Made by a program: the position numbers and the translations under genes | The notes under the pieces: generated by a model | Database searches by the model: none | Seen by the model: only the letters and a program-made list of their open reading frames with translations | Told to the model about the DNA's origin: nothing | Origin: Macrostomum hystrix | Lineage: Eukaryota; Animalia; Platyhelminthes | Reading direction: 5' to 3' | Length of the DNA stretch: 64,000 nucleotides | Assembly: GCA_950097015.1 (NCBI GenBank) | Contig: CATNEN010000033.1 | Span: 620,001 to 684,000, forward strand | In this document: one piece after another, positions 36,762 to 49,700 of the stretch | Layout: each line of letters opens with the position of its first letter | Numbering within the stretch: the stretch's first letter is position 1

Positions 36762-36959
36762 GCGGGCCAAGTCATTCGGGCCGAAAGCTACTGCCGCCAG
36801 CCCGCCCAGGACGTCCTTCTGCTCACCCTGCAGGGCCCGTTCAGGCGCGGCCAGGCTCGGACCCGCCGCTACGACTGCGTGCTGAGCGACGCCAGGGCGC
36901 CCGACACTGCCACCGGCGCGGACCATGTTCGCGCGCTGGCTCTGCGGCGCATCATTTGA
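36762..36959 (+). pseudogene. Start-less coding remnant (65 aa) of an unknown gene
   Basis: GC-rich island with strong GC3 bias reading AGQVIRAESYCRQPAQDVLLLTLQGPF...LRRII*. Confidence 0.45.
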
Positions 36960-37359
36960 CGCCGCCCCCTTACGTTTGGGGCTTGCTAAAATTGTTGTTG
37001 TTGTTTTGCGAAAGAACATATTAAGGTAAATATGTTCTTGCGTCTATGTAAACTCGTGCATTCGCGAAAGCACAATAAAATAGTTCAGGATCAGGACAAA
37101 GAGTTATATTAGTAATATTAGTACTTTCGCAAACAGGACTACATGCTCCGCAGTGCCCGAGTGCGAAAAGACATAAGCTTAGCTGTTATAATTATAGAAA
37201 TACACTACGGAGATTAAAAAAAAGGTCATTTGGCATATCCGTCCGTATTTTCGCGAAATGACCACATGAGCTGTTCTATTTTTAGAAATACACTACGGAG
37301 ATCAAAAAAAGGTCATTCGACATTATTTGCGAAATCAATCACGAAGTTGAGGCAGATTG

Positions 37360-37641
37360 ATTGAAGATATTGTCCGCCCATAGACTTCTATTGAAAACTG
37401 ACTGAAGATATTGTCCGCCCATTGATTTCTATTGAAGTGAAGATAATGTCCGCCTACTGAAGGAAGATATTGTCCCATGTAGTTAATATGCTAGTGCCAT
37501 AGACGGTTGGGTCTGTAGTGCGGCCTTGAGTAGCGGATTTCCGACTTTCAGCACTTGTACATAGGGGAATCCACAGTCTAAGCTGGGGTCCACCGGACAA
37601 AATCTTCAGTTTGTTGGGGTCCGCAGGACATTATCTTCAAT
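37360..37641. mobile_element. MITE-like insert with 16-bp TIR ATTGAAGATATTGTCC
   Basis: TIR pair with 1 mismatch; internal subrepeats of the TIR; no TSD seen. Confidence 0.55.
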
Positions 37642-37644
37642 GCA

Positions 37645-37912
37645 TATTTTGTTGCAATGCGGACACGCTAGCACACGTCCACCGGCAGCGACATCTACAC
37701 CAGCCCGCTGTAGTTGCAGCATCTTCCAGACGGCACTTCCACGCCCCTTAACCGACGCGAATAATGATGGCTGTTGACCAACAGGTAGGACTGTCCAGTC
37801 AAACTCAAAAACATAAACAGCTTTATGTGGCTCTATAAAATGTCTTCACATCATATTAGCGCGGATTTGCTGGCCGCAGAAATGGCAGAAGCGGAGTCCG
37901 TTGTTGTCTTTG
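37645..37912 (-). pseudogene. 5' remnant of Z1 (ATG lost)
   Basis: Closest to the copy at 25..292; ATG>ATC and an indel. Confidence 0.8.
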
Positions 37913-38623
37913 ATTGCAGCTTTATAAATATAGTCGTTCGCTGGCTAGCTTGCTGAATAATCGACAGACTGAGTTGTGGCTGAATTTTAATTATCGATTT
38001 GCGTGCGCGCGCGCGCATATATTTACCAAGCACTGTCCATATTCTGTACAGAGAAGCAGTCGGACACATAGACATAGACAGACATCGTCAACTGGGTCTA
38101 AGCTATTTCCTTATATAGTATTTTCGCAAAAATACTGATATGTTATTAAACGAAGGTAAGGGCGGTATTTTTGCAAAATTTCTTGAAATTGGAAAATAAT
38201 GGCATTTTTTCGAAAATACTAACGATACGATGGACGAACAATTTTTTTCGCAAAAATGCTGATATGCATTTTTGCGAAGAGGGCAGCAAAGAGGGCAACA
38301 TGCAGTACTGAAAAGAATTGATGATTAATATTTTCACAATAAAGACCTGTTCTAAAACCAATATGAAATGCTGTATTTGTGCGAAAGTACTTTAAGTATT
38401 CATGATGACTATATCTAATGGTAATCAATAACCAAATATGACTTGACTTCATTATATTTTATTATTATTCACGCCGCAAATACAATTTTAAACAGGTTCA
38501 CTCATGTATATTTGCTTGAGCGAATTAATTTGGTTAATTAAATAGCTGGCATTAATTTAACGGCGAACAGGAAACTACAATTAGCTGTATTAAGTCTAGC
38601 TAAAACTAGTGCTGCTGCTGCTG

Positions 38624-39043
38624 CTACTGCTCCATTTGATATTGGCGACTCCGGAGCAACTCTCGCAGTCTAGCCCTTTGCTGCACGCCGCACCAGTAGT
38701 CCAGGCTGTGCAGAATGTGCTGCAGCTCCGAGCAGGAGTCCTCCAGCAGGCCTAGCAGCTTGGCCAAGTCGAATGCCTCGTTCTCTGTTAGGCAGGTCAC
38801 CTCCAGGATGGTCTCGTAGCCCGCAGCTGTCTGGTGTTGTAGCAGCCAATCCAGGAGGCTCTTCAGCAGGGTGTGCAGTTGGGTGGCGTTCAGCTAAGCA
38901 GTCGGGCAGTGGCGCTGCAGGCAGTTTAGCTGCTCCAATCGTCCTCGGTGCGCCAGGAACGGGGCCAGACAGGCGATGTCGCATCTGGCCAGGAGTGCCA
39001 CGGTGGCAGGCGAGCCGAACAGCACCACAGGATGCGCATTCAT
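38624..39043 (-). pseudogene. S1b copy with internal TAG
   Basis: 420 nt, colinear with 49964..50383; TAG at 38894-38896. Confidence 0.85.
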
Positions 39044-40357
39044 CGTGGTTCTACGCAACCAATAATGTCGTGAGTGCAACAGTAGTGCGTCTAACACTAG
39101 CAGAAGTAAAAAATTTTTCGAGAAAAAAACATATGTTCTTAAACGAAGGAAACGGCAGTATTTTTGCAAAAGTTCTTGAAGTAGCGTGCATGGCTACATC
39201 TTATGGTGTTTTCGCAAATGCAGATACGTATTCTCAGACAAAGTAACTTGTACTTTTTTACCATAGACACATTTAGTATTTCTGCAAATTGCCAAGATTC
39301 ATGCATGTATTCTTTTCGCGAAAAGAAAATATGTTCTAAATTAAATACTTATAAATGAAAAAAAGTGTCAGTTTTTGCGAAAATACTAACGATAATATGA
39401 AGACTATATTTTTCGCGAAAACGCTCATATGTTCTCAAAATGAAGGTAACGGCAGTCTTTTTGCACCATGCAGTACTCAAAGAAATTGATTATTATTAGT
39501 TCCACATTATCTTTGCGAAAATTTAAGTATTCTAAAACGAATACGAAATGCTTTATAGGTGCGAAAGTACTTTGAGTATTCATGATGACTATTTGTAATG
39601 GAAATCAAATATCAAATATGACTTACTTGAACTATTCACATATTTATTTTCTTATTATTTAATGTTTTCCTGTTCTTTATTAGGTGTTCATTATTTCAGA
39701 GGTATTTTTGCGAAAGTACATACACATTCTCAAACGAAGGTTAAGGTAGTCTTTTTGCGAAAATATTTTATTAGTGTTAATATGATTACTGCTTCTGATG
39801 GTATTTTCGCGAAAAGACATGTGTCCCATATGTGTATTTTCGCGAAAACACAGATGTATTTGAAACGATGGTCATACACTGCCGTACTTATGCAAAATTA
39901 CCTGTAAGACAAGAAACTTAGATCAAGCATAATCAAGCAACCTTAAAAGAGTATATTCACAAAACTGCTGATTAATATTGTGTTGCTTTATTATTCACGT
40001 CAGACGCTAGAAATTGCAACAGGTTCACTGCCATGCATATTTGCTTTGCATGATTATCTGGCGCATACCTGCGGCTTTTAAGAAAACGAGAATAGTTTAA
40101 TAGTAATACCAGATGTTAATCAAATTATTTTATAATCTGTTAATTAATTTATTTACAAACGAAATAATCACAGTGTTGACAATCATTAGCATCTTAACAA
40201 TATATAAGAGAGCAACAAACAGAACATATGAGATTCTCGGTTGTCAAGGGACGGGTATTAGTGGGGGTATCACAATTGACACAATTGATAATAGTTTGGC
40301 AAATCAGACAATCAGCACATATTAAGTCAGGTGACACGACTGGGACAATATGAGCAT

Positions 40358-41218
40358 TCAGATGTCCAGTCTAGTTCTCGAACTGATCAGGCGCCCAGAT
40401 CGCGTCCTGTATGCCGTTCGACGAACCATGAGTAGCTCAGAATCCGAGCTGGTCTCATTGTCATTGCTGACGTGCTGTTGTTCACCATCATCACCTTCTT
40501 CGTCGATATCGTCGTGAACGTTGCTTTGTCTTCCTGATGCTCCATGCATCGGCGGTTGACTAAGACTGCGTCGTCTAGACGATGTAGACGAAATAGGCGA
40601 TGGTGTTGCTGAATCGATGGCCGGCTTTGTCGACTCGGTGTTGTCCGTTGTTGAACATCTAGGACTAACCGTAGCGGGTCGCATTGTCGACATTCGAGGT
40701 CGCTTCTTGTCAGTGGCCTTGCAAATGGACGACCGTCGAGTGCGTCGCTTGCGTATGCGTTGACTATGTGGCATCACAATGTCATCAGCAGGTAGAGGAG
40801 ATGCAGCCGATGAATTGGTTGTGTCCAGATCAACGCTACAGACAGAGCGACGACGCTTCGTGTCGTTTTCGGCTGTTGGATGTCGTTGATGTCGACGATC
40901 AAGTGGCCGATTGTGACAGAATGTCTCGAAGCATCCTCTGACGTCGTCGGCGACCATCAGATTGGCCTGCTGTTTGGCCAGGCGTCCATACGCATTGACG
41001 ACACAGTTGCGCGATGTGTCGTACAGTGGCACCAGCTGGTCTAGCTTGTCGGGATGCGCGTGCACATATGCCGACAGTACATTTCGACGCCCATCGCCCA
41101 TGCGATAGGGCCGATCGATGACCAACTCGGCGCCCTGCTTGACAAGCGTGCTGAAACTTGTCGAGTCCCGCTGCTTGCCACGATGCGTAGGAAACAGCAG
41201 ACATGGTGATGCAGGCAT
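40358..41218 (-). CDS. Chimeric ORF: AR promoter and first codons fused in frame to the C-terminal part of the recombinase gene
   Basis: MPASP then CLLFPTHRGK...RTRLDI; upstream DNA matches that of 25638. Confidence 0.65.
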   Translation of the reverse strand: MPASPCLLFPTHRGKQRDSTSFSTLVKQGAELVIDRPYRMGDGRRNVLSAYVHAHPDKLDQLVPLYDTSRNCVVNAYGRLAKQQANLMVADDVRGCFETFCHNRPLDRRHQRHPTAENDTKRRRSVCSVDLDTTNSSAASPLPADDIVMPHSQRIRKRRTRRSSICKATDKKRPRMSTMRPATVSPRCSTTDNTESTKPAIDSATPSPISSTSSRRRSLSQPPMHGASGRQSNVHDDIDEEGDDGEQQHVSNDNETSSDSELLMVRRTAYRTRSGRLISSRTRLDI

Positions 41219-41454
41219 GGCGAGACAATGGGGGTAGTATTTAAAATGCTTAACTTGTTTAATTTACTTAATTAATTGTCCAAAGTTTTAACTGCATTGA
41301 TTGCATATTCTTAATAACATAAGATTATCAGCAAGCTGGTTACCATAGACTAGCAGTCGGGTTTTTTAGTTATTTTCTTTACTCAGTTAAGTTGCGTAAC
41401 TTATTTACACATTTTAGATTCTTAATTATTGTTTCCAATAAAAAAAACTACAAC

Positions 41455-41892
41455 ATGTCATCCCTGGGTGGGCGGCACAATGGCGGAGATCGAGACATCG
41501 ACAACTCTGGCAACGACAAACCGATCTCGTGCCCTACCGTCAGTAGCAGCACGGATGTCGTGATTGGCACTGAGCGACGTCGACGAAGGCACAGCTCGGA
41601 TAGTAGTTCAGACTCGGATTTTGCTATTCTGCCTTCACGTCAACGTGTTCAGTACGTATGGCATCGTCCAGGTGTCGTGCGCATTTACAATCAGAGATTT
41701 TCTATTGTGAACGCCAATCCGACACGTGATTTAGCCGGCCAATTGCAACTGCCGCATCATGCGCAAGTGACCGATATACAGTCACCAATTGTAAGCAGTA
41801 GCAGCAGCATCAACAATGGCGGCACTGGCACTGAAAGAGAGCGCGGAAATGCCAATCGTGCTGCTAATAACCCAGATTTGAATGACATGTAG
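41455..41892 (+). CDS. S3 protein copy
   Basis: Near-identical to 25873..26331. Confidence 0.65.
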   Translation: MSSLGGRHNGGDRDIDNSGNDKPISCPTVSSSTDVVIGTERRRRRHSSDSSSDSDFAILPSRQRVQYVWHRPGVVRIYNQRFSIVNANPTRDLAGQLQLPHHAQVTDIQSPIVSSSSSINNGGTGTERERGNANRAANNPDLNDM

Positions 41893-42420
41893 CAATTCTT
41901 TTGTTAAGCACTGTTGCCATTGGTTATAATGAAATTAATTAACTGATTAATATAATTAAAAGTTGCAGGTATTTGAATAACATATCTGAGTGTTCAAAGT
42001 CGACAGTTCATGATGCCTGCAAATGTTTTAAACTACTTTTATATACACTAGCTCTCGTTCACCTTCACGTGGTATATTCAAAGCATAAGAGTTTGCCGTC
42101 ACTATTGACAATATATTGTCGCGTTTACCATTAATCATAATCAGACGACTGATGAGATCAGTCAGTAATAAAATATTAATACGCGAACACAGATGTGTGC
42201 AGCTAGTCAATCGTTTATTATTAATACGGTTATTATTAATACGGCTTTTATTAAATTTCACCAATACATATAGAGTACAAATATATATAGAATTTAATTG
42301 ATTGAACAAATAATCGTGCTATTCTACAATTAGTCTGATTTGCAAAGTCGCGAGAGCAAAAATAAACGTGTAAACTATAATACATAAAATTCTGCATATA
42401 AATTCTGTATTTTACAGCAT

Positions 42421-42800
42421 TCATTGTTCGATGTACCAGTAGCGAACTCCATGTATGATGAGCTGGAGTTCAGCTTGGGCGTCCTCAAAAAGCTCTATCA
42501 CTTCGATGATGTCTTGTGCTTCATCCTCTCTTATACCAGTTACGAACAAGACAGCCTTATAGTCTTCTGCTGACCGGTGCTTTTGCAGCCATTCTTAGTG
42601 CGCCGTAATAATAAGCGTAACTCATTAGCGCTATACTCTGCATTTGGAACACCGCGCTGCAAACTAGGTAGCTGCTCGAAGCACCCTCGATGCGCTATGA
42701 ACCGGCCAATGCAATCTATGCGACAGCTGAGAAAGAGTTGAAATACGCGCTGCTGAAGATACATTTGTACTAACTGCATCTGATCGGCAATTAACGACAT
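42421..42800 (-). pseudogene. S1 copy with a 1-nt deletion
   Basis: Frameshift near 42597. Confidence 0.8.
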
Positions 42801-43045
42801 GTTCAGTCAGTTAGTAAATCAAGTAAAGCAAAAAATAGTTTTGTTAAAAAAAATTCTAAACTTTAATCAAAGCCCCCATAGAGTATATTTTATCGAACAC
42901 AGGTGAGTCAGTCCACAGACAAATCAAATGAATACAGGCCAGTCAGGGTATTAAGAACTAGAAATCTTTCACGGCGAAGAAATCAGCCCACAACCAATGT
43001 CAGTCACAACAGCAACAGCAGCAACAGTAACAACATTCTCGTGTC

Positions 43046-43413
43046 ATGTCAGGATTTCATCTCTTTCCTGCTAATTTTCACGCTTTCGTCCTGGCCTCCG
43101 CTGCCAAGGTGTTGGAAGAGGCGCTCCACGCAGCGAGTGAGGCAGCGACAGCAGTGGCGGCAGCGGAGGCCCGGACGCCAGGACGACGCGGGGCGGAGGC
43201 GTCAATGGCCGCAGCTATGCGGCGGGTCAGGGCGGCCATGCTACGCATGGCCAGGGCCCACCGCATAGCTGCGGGCCTAGACCCTTATGTGAGTAGTAAC
43301 TATTCACTTTTATTTTCATTTGAATATCTATTAACACATCTGACAACATCTGAGATAACAAACTAATTGAAACCTAAAACCCATCATTCATCCCGCAGCC
43401 GGGTGTCCTATGA
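43046..43413 (+). CDS. S2 protein (exons 43046..43288 and 43399..43413)
   Basis: Conserved intron and PGVL*. Confidence 0.75.
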
Positions 43414-43543
43414 CCGAGGGGTGTCCGAAGCGGTGCATTAATTGAAGACAAAGTGTCCTATGACCGAGGGGTGTCCGAAGCGGTGCATTAATTGAAGACA
43501 AATATGAACTGATTGAACTAATTGATTGATTAAAATTGATTGA

Positions 43544-43577
<34 letters not shown>

Positions 43578-44878
43578 AAGTAATTAATAATTGATTAAAA
43601 TGCTTAATACGTCTTATTGTTTTTTTTCTTAGCTTGGATTTAGTTTATTATATGAAATTGTAGGCGTGCAATAATATAACTATTATCGTACATTATACAG
43701 ACATATAAGTTAATTAGATAAGTTAGATAAGTTTGAGAAAGTAAAGTACAAACGACAAAAAATTATTATAATAATAAATAAATGAATTATTGTACACTTT
43801 CGTATCGCTAGATTTAAGATATTCCAAGATGCACTATTAAAACGTGCAGACTATAGGTATGTAGTGCATTAAATTGTGCGTATTTTACCAAAGACATATC
43901 TGCTTGGTACAGTTCGATTTTTCGCAATTTTTTATGTTCTTGGCATCCAAATTTTTCTTTCGAAAATACAGTCAGATGTTTTTGGCCATAGACACAAAAA
44001 AACGACTGCATATAATTCATATTGTATGCAGTATTTTTGCAAAAGTTCTTTAAATAGCGTGGCGATATCTTATGGTATTTTCGCGAATGCAGATACGTAT
44101 TCTCAGACTAAGTAGCTGTGGAGTAATTTTGAGCATTACTAAAATTATTATTACTTATTTGAAAGGAGTTCAAGTTGGCTAATGCACACATTGCCCTCAG
44201 GCCGCACGTTAGCCAGCTGAAATCGAAGCAGCTTCCTTTGAAGACCGCCGCGATCTGCACCCGGTCATCCGTTTTAAAATATAAATAAATAATAAATATA
44301 AATAATTTCGTGTTTGTTATTTGTTTAATCGTTAACAGTACACAACTTCTTATCTTGTTTATTCTATCATTAAAATAATATGAACTGAACTGACTGGCAG
44401 TTATGCGGTGCACATTGGCGTTGAGACTTATTACAAGACCGACGTAATCGTAATCGATCAGTCTGAGATATTATGTTTGTATTTATATTGCGCAAAACCT
44501 GAGAATAATGAAGTGGACTTAAAACTAAAATTGATGTAAAAAGAATAGACAGTAGCGGAATCGAATCGCTTGGAATCAAATCGCGTAAAAATATATATTT
44601 TTTAGTTTATTCTTATATCAACGTATATTAAATCAATCGATTAAATCAAGTTCAGTCTGAATTTATTATAAGTGAGTCAGTTGATTATTCAGCCAGCCAG
44701 CCAGCCAGCCAGCCAATCAGTCAGTAGACAGACAAAGCAGCCCAATCTGAGTTGCACGCCGAGCCAATTGAATCAAACGAAATCAATTGCCGCACAGACA
44801 TTGTCGCGTCTTGATCAATCGGCCGTGTCTTGACACTGTCGTAGTCAATATATTGTGTGTGCATAAAAAAACTACAAC

Positions 44879-45334
44879 ATGTCATCCCTGGGTGGGCGGC
44901 ACAATGGCGGAGATCGAGATCGAGATATCGACAGAGAGGATCACAACTCTGGCAACGACAAACCGATCTCGTGCCCTACCGTCAGTAGCAGCACGGATGT
45001 CGTGATTGGCACTGAGCGACGTCGACGAAGGCACAGCTCGGATAGTAGTTCAGACTCCGATTTTGCTATTCTGCCTTCACGTCAACGTGTTCAGTACGTA
45101 TTGCATCGTCCAGGTGTCGTGCGCATTTACAATCAGAGATTTTCTATTGTGAACGCCAATCCGACACGTGATTTAGCCGGCCAATTGCAACTGCCGCAGC
45201 ATGCGCAAGTGACCGATATACAGTCACCAATTGTAAGCAGTAGCAGCAGCATCAACAATGGCGGCACTGGCACTGAAAGAGAGCGCGGCAATGCCAATCG
45301 TGCTGCTAATAACCCAGATTTGAATGACATGTAG
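44879..45334 (+). CDS. S3 protein copy
   Basis: Near-identical to other copies; directly follows a Z1 3' remnant (44787-44860). Confidence 0.65.
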   Translation: MSSLGGRHNGGDRDRDIDREDHNSGNDKPISCPTVSSSTDVVIGTERRRRRHSSDSSSDSDFAILPSRQRVQYVLHRPGVVRIYNQRFSIVNANPTRDLAGQLQLPQHAQVTDIQSPIVSSSSSINNGGTGTERERGNANRAANNPDLNDM

Positions 45335-45847
45335 CAATTCTTTTGTTAAGCACTGTTGCCATTAGTTATAATGAAATTAATTAACTGAATAATATAATTA
45401 AAAGTAGGTATTTGATTAACACATCTAAGTATTCAAAGTTGACAGTTCATGCTGCCTGCAAATGTTTTAAACTACTTTTACATACACTAGCTCTCGTTCA
45501 CCTACGTGGTAATATTCAAAGCATAAGACAGTTTGCCGTCTCTATTGACAATATATTGTCGCGTTCACCATTAATCATAATCAGATGACTGATGAGATCA
45601 GTCAGTAATAAAATATTAATACGCGAACACAGATGTGTGCAGCTAGTCAATCGGTTATTATTAATACTGTTATTATTAAATTTCACCAATAAATATATAT
45701 AAAGTATAAATATATGTAGAATTTCATTGATTGAGCAAATAATCGTGCTATTCTACAATTAGTCTGATTTGCAAAGTCGTGAGAGCAAAAATAAACGTGT
45801 AAACTATAATACATAAAATTCTGTATAAATTCTGTATTTTACAGCAT

Positions 45848-46228
45848 TCATTGTTCGATGTACCAGTAGCGAACTCCATGTATGATGAGCTGGAGTTCAG
45901 CTTGGGCGTCCTCAAAAAGCTCTAGCACTTCGATGATGTCTTGTGCTTCATCCTCTCTTATACCAGTCACGAACAAGACAGCCATATAGTCTTCTGCTGA
46001 CCGGTGCTGTTGCAGCCATTCTTGAGTGCGCCGTAATAATAAGCATAACTCATTAGCGCTATACTCAGCATTTGGAACACCGCGCTGCAAACTAGGTAGC
46101 TGCTCGAAGCACCCTCGATGCGCTATGAACCGGCCAATGCAATCTATGCGACAGCTGAGAAAGAGTTGAAATATGTGCGGGTGAAGATACATTTGCACTA
46201 ACTGCATCTGATGGGCAATGAACGACAT
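45848..46228 (-). CDS. S1 protein copy
   Basis: Intact 126 aa. Confidence 0.75.
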   Translation of the reverse strand: MSFIAHQMQLVQMYLHPHIFQLFLSCRIDCIGRFIAHRGCFEQLPSLQRGVPNAEYSANELCLLLRRTQEWLQQHRSAEDYMAVLFVTGIREDEAQDIIEVLELFEDAQAELQLIIHGVRYWYIEQ

Positions 46229-46459
46229 GTTCAGTCAGTTAGTAAATCAAGTAAAGCAAAAAATAGTTTTGTATAAAAAATTCTAAACTTTAATCAAAGC
46301 CCCCATAGAGTATATTTTATCGAACACAGGTGAGTCAGTCCACAGACAAATCAAATGAATACAGGCCAGTCTGGGTATTAAGAACTAGAAATCTTTCTCG
46401 GCCAAGAAATCAGCCCACAACCAAAATTCACAGCAAGCAGTAAAGCAGTCAGCCCTCCG

Positions 46460-46828
46460 ATGTCAACTTTCCCAGTCTTCCCGGCGCCGTTCCGGCAACA
46501 TATACTGGCTTCCGCCGCCGCCACACTCCAAGCTGCGCTGGTCGAGGCGATGGAGGCGGCCGTCGAGGTGGCGGCGGCGGAGGCTTGGACGCCGGAACGG
46601 CGCCGGGCGGATGCCGAGATGGCTGCCGCTATGCGGCGGGTCCGGGCGGCCATGGTCCGCATGGCCCGGGCCCGCCGCATAGCGGCAGGCCTCGATCCTT
46701 ATGTGAGTAGTAGATTTCGATTCCTTTCATTTGAATATTTATGAACACATCTGCATGGTAACATCTGAGCTAACAAACTAAATGAAACCTAAAAACCATC
46801 TTTCATCCCACAGCCGGGTGTCCTATGA
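46460..46828 (+). CDS. S2 protein (exons 46460..46702 and 46814..46828)
   Basis: Conserved intron and PGVL*. Confidence 0.75.
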
Positions 46829-47841
46829 TGAACACAGACCGAGGACCAGAGGACAGTCCAAGAAGTCCAAGGATTGACTGATATGAACCGTATCCGTATG
46901 ATATGATGATATCATAGTCGAGCATGTGACTGATATGAACCGCGATATAAACAAAACATTTACAGATTGACTTGTTAAAACTGTTCTGTTATTTTATATC
47001 TATCTATATAAAATTTGTGCGACAATTGACAATATCATTATTGACAATATCATTGAAAATAACAATAATAAACAATATATAATACCTGAGGTCATATCAA
47101 TCTTAGCTTGGATTTCGTTTATTATATGAAATTGTAGGCGTGCAATAATATAAATATTATCGTACATTATACAGCCATATAAGTAAGTTAGATAAGTTTG
47201 AGAAAATAAAGTACAAACGACGAATAAATTATTATACACTTTCGTAACGCTAGACATAAGATATTCCAAGATGCACTATTAAAACGTGCAGACTATAGGT
47301 ATGTAGTGCATTAAAATCTGCGTATTTTACCAAAGACATATCTGCTTGGTACAGCTCGATTTTTTCGCGATTTTTTTTCTTCGTATCCACATTTTTTCTT
47401 TCGAAAATACAGTCAGACGTTTTTGGCCATAGACAAAAAAACGGCTGCATATAATTCATATTGTGTGCAGTATTTTTGCAAAAGTTCTTTAAGTAGCGTG
47501 GCTATATCTATGGTATTTTCGCGAATATAGCCAGATATTTAATCTATAATTAGTATTTGCGCACTGCCAAATGTTTTTCGCGAAAGTACATACGTATTAA
47601 GTCAAAACGAAAACAAGTTGACTACTTGAGATCTGTGCATAATGTGGCAGTGGTAAAAAGGTAAGAAGGCTCTTATGGAAGACAGCATCGTCACACCGGA
47701 CTGCTACGGTATTGTAGTGTATATAGTGACTCGGTGTGACGGTTCCGTGGTTCACATACTGCGACATGTCACATACTGGTTGAACAGTAGAATGTATTTT
47801 CGCGTCCTTCAACGGAAGCTGCTATGATATCAGCTGGCTAT

Positions 47842-47939
47842 TGCTCACGCACTGCCATCAGGCCGCACGTTAGTCAGATTTCAGCTTTTTTCTGAATGCT
47901 TTCAGCTGGCTAACGTGCGGCCTGACGGCAGTGTGAGCA
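47842..47939. other. Branched hairpin / inverted repeat, copy 2
   Basis: ~35-bp imperfect stem, same inner arm as 28721..28800; a half copy near 44198. Confidence 0.85.
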
Positions 47940-48465
47940 GTCAGCATTGCTCTGCACCGGTCATCCGTTTTAAAATATAAATAAATAATAAATATAAATA
48001 ATTTAGTGTTTGTTATTTGTATAATCGTTAAAAGTACACAACTTCTTCTCTTGTTTATTCTATCATTAAAATAATATGAACTGAACTGACTGGCGGTTAT
48101 GCGGTGTACATTGGCGTTGAGACTTACAAGACCGACGTAATCGTAATCGAATGTTGAGATATTATGTTTGTATTTATATTGCGCAAAACCTGAGAATAAT
48201 GAAGTAGACTTAAAACTAAAATTGATGTAATAAGAATAGACAGTAGTGGAATCAAATCGCTTAGAATCAAATCGCGTAAAAGTTTATATTTTTTAGTTTA
48301 TTCTTATATCAACGTATATTAAGTCAATCGATTAAATCAAGTTCAGTCTGAATTTATTATAAGTAAGTCAGTCGATTATTCAGCCAGCCAGCCAGCCAGC
48401 CAGCCAGTAGACAGACAAAGCAGCCCAATCTGAGTTGCACGCCGAGCCAATTGAATTGAATGAAA

Positions 48466-49700
48466 TCAATTGCCGCACAGACATTGTCGCGTCTTGATCA
48501 ATCGGCCGTGTCTTGACACTGTCGTAGTCAATATATTGTGTGTGCATATACAATACGAGCGTCTAGATGCATGCAAAGCATCAGTCGCAGGTATAGTCGA
48601 TTGCGATGACTGCACATCACTTATTGACATTGCGACATCGTCGTCAAGGTCGGCGGTCAGAACCAATTCTGCTGCGGCATCGGCATCTCCTTGCGGCACT
48701 GTCACATCAGATAGCTGTTCATCAGAATCGTTGTTGACATCAGCAATGATGATCTCCATTGCGACATCAAACATGTCATCGATGTGACTTGCTTCGGAAT
48801 GGGCAGCGAAATCCGATCCAGCAGCAGCAGCAACACAATCCGTATTGGTAGACAGAAATTGCATAGCGGCAGGTTGCATCAAGTCGAGCAGAATCTGCGC
48901 CATTTCAATGTCATCACCGTGACCGGATGATGTACCAATACACACTGACTGCGTGCTGACATTGGCTTCGATTGAAACATCGGTCACACCGTTTTGTGCA
49001 CTGACACCAACTGTCGCTGTTGTTACTCTTGGCGCACAGACAGGAATAAAAACAGGTAGCGGCACCGGAACGAAATACGGCACCTCGACAGTTGGAATCG
49101 GCAACATAGGCATCGCTGGTGATCCGATTGGCTCAATTTGCAAAATTGGCATTGATGGCGATGGTACTGGCGAGTGATCCGATTGGATTGTTTCTGCTGC
49201 TGCTTCAATCGCATTGTGATTAAGCGGAGTATATGTACAAATTGGATGCCGTACTGATCCAATTGACACGCTGTCCGCTTGGCTCACATGTTCAGCAGGC
49301 TCGTCAGTACTTGTTGCATAGATGATGCCTGATTCAGCTGCGCTATCTTCTATGATGATAGTTTCTGCTGGCTGCTCTGCTGCTGACTGCTCTGCTGATG
49401 GCTGCTCTGCTGCTGGCTGCTCTGCTGCTGGCTGCTCTGCTACTGGCTGCTCTGCTGCTGGCTGCTCTGCTACTGGCTGCTCTGCTGATGGCAGTCGACG
49501 GGCAATGTAGCGCTCGTGCATATAGTCGACAATCTCGCCGACCACAGCTGGTAGTGGATTCAGTTGTTCAAGCTGGACCACTTCGCCCATTGCCGCTGCT
49601 CCCGCCACTGCCACTGGCTGAGCTGATTGGCCACCGACGCGACGCTGCGGATTCCGCTTACATCTATATTGATGATGCAACATGTTGGACGTTATTTTGT
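48466..49700 (-). pseudogene. Z1 copy lacking its N-terminal zinc finger
   Basis: Similarity to 29599..31077 stops near 49700. Confidence 0.8.
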
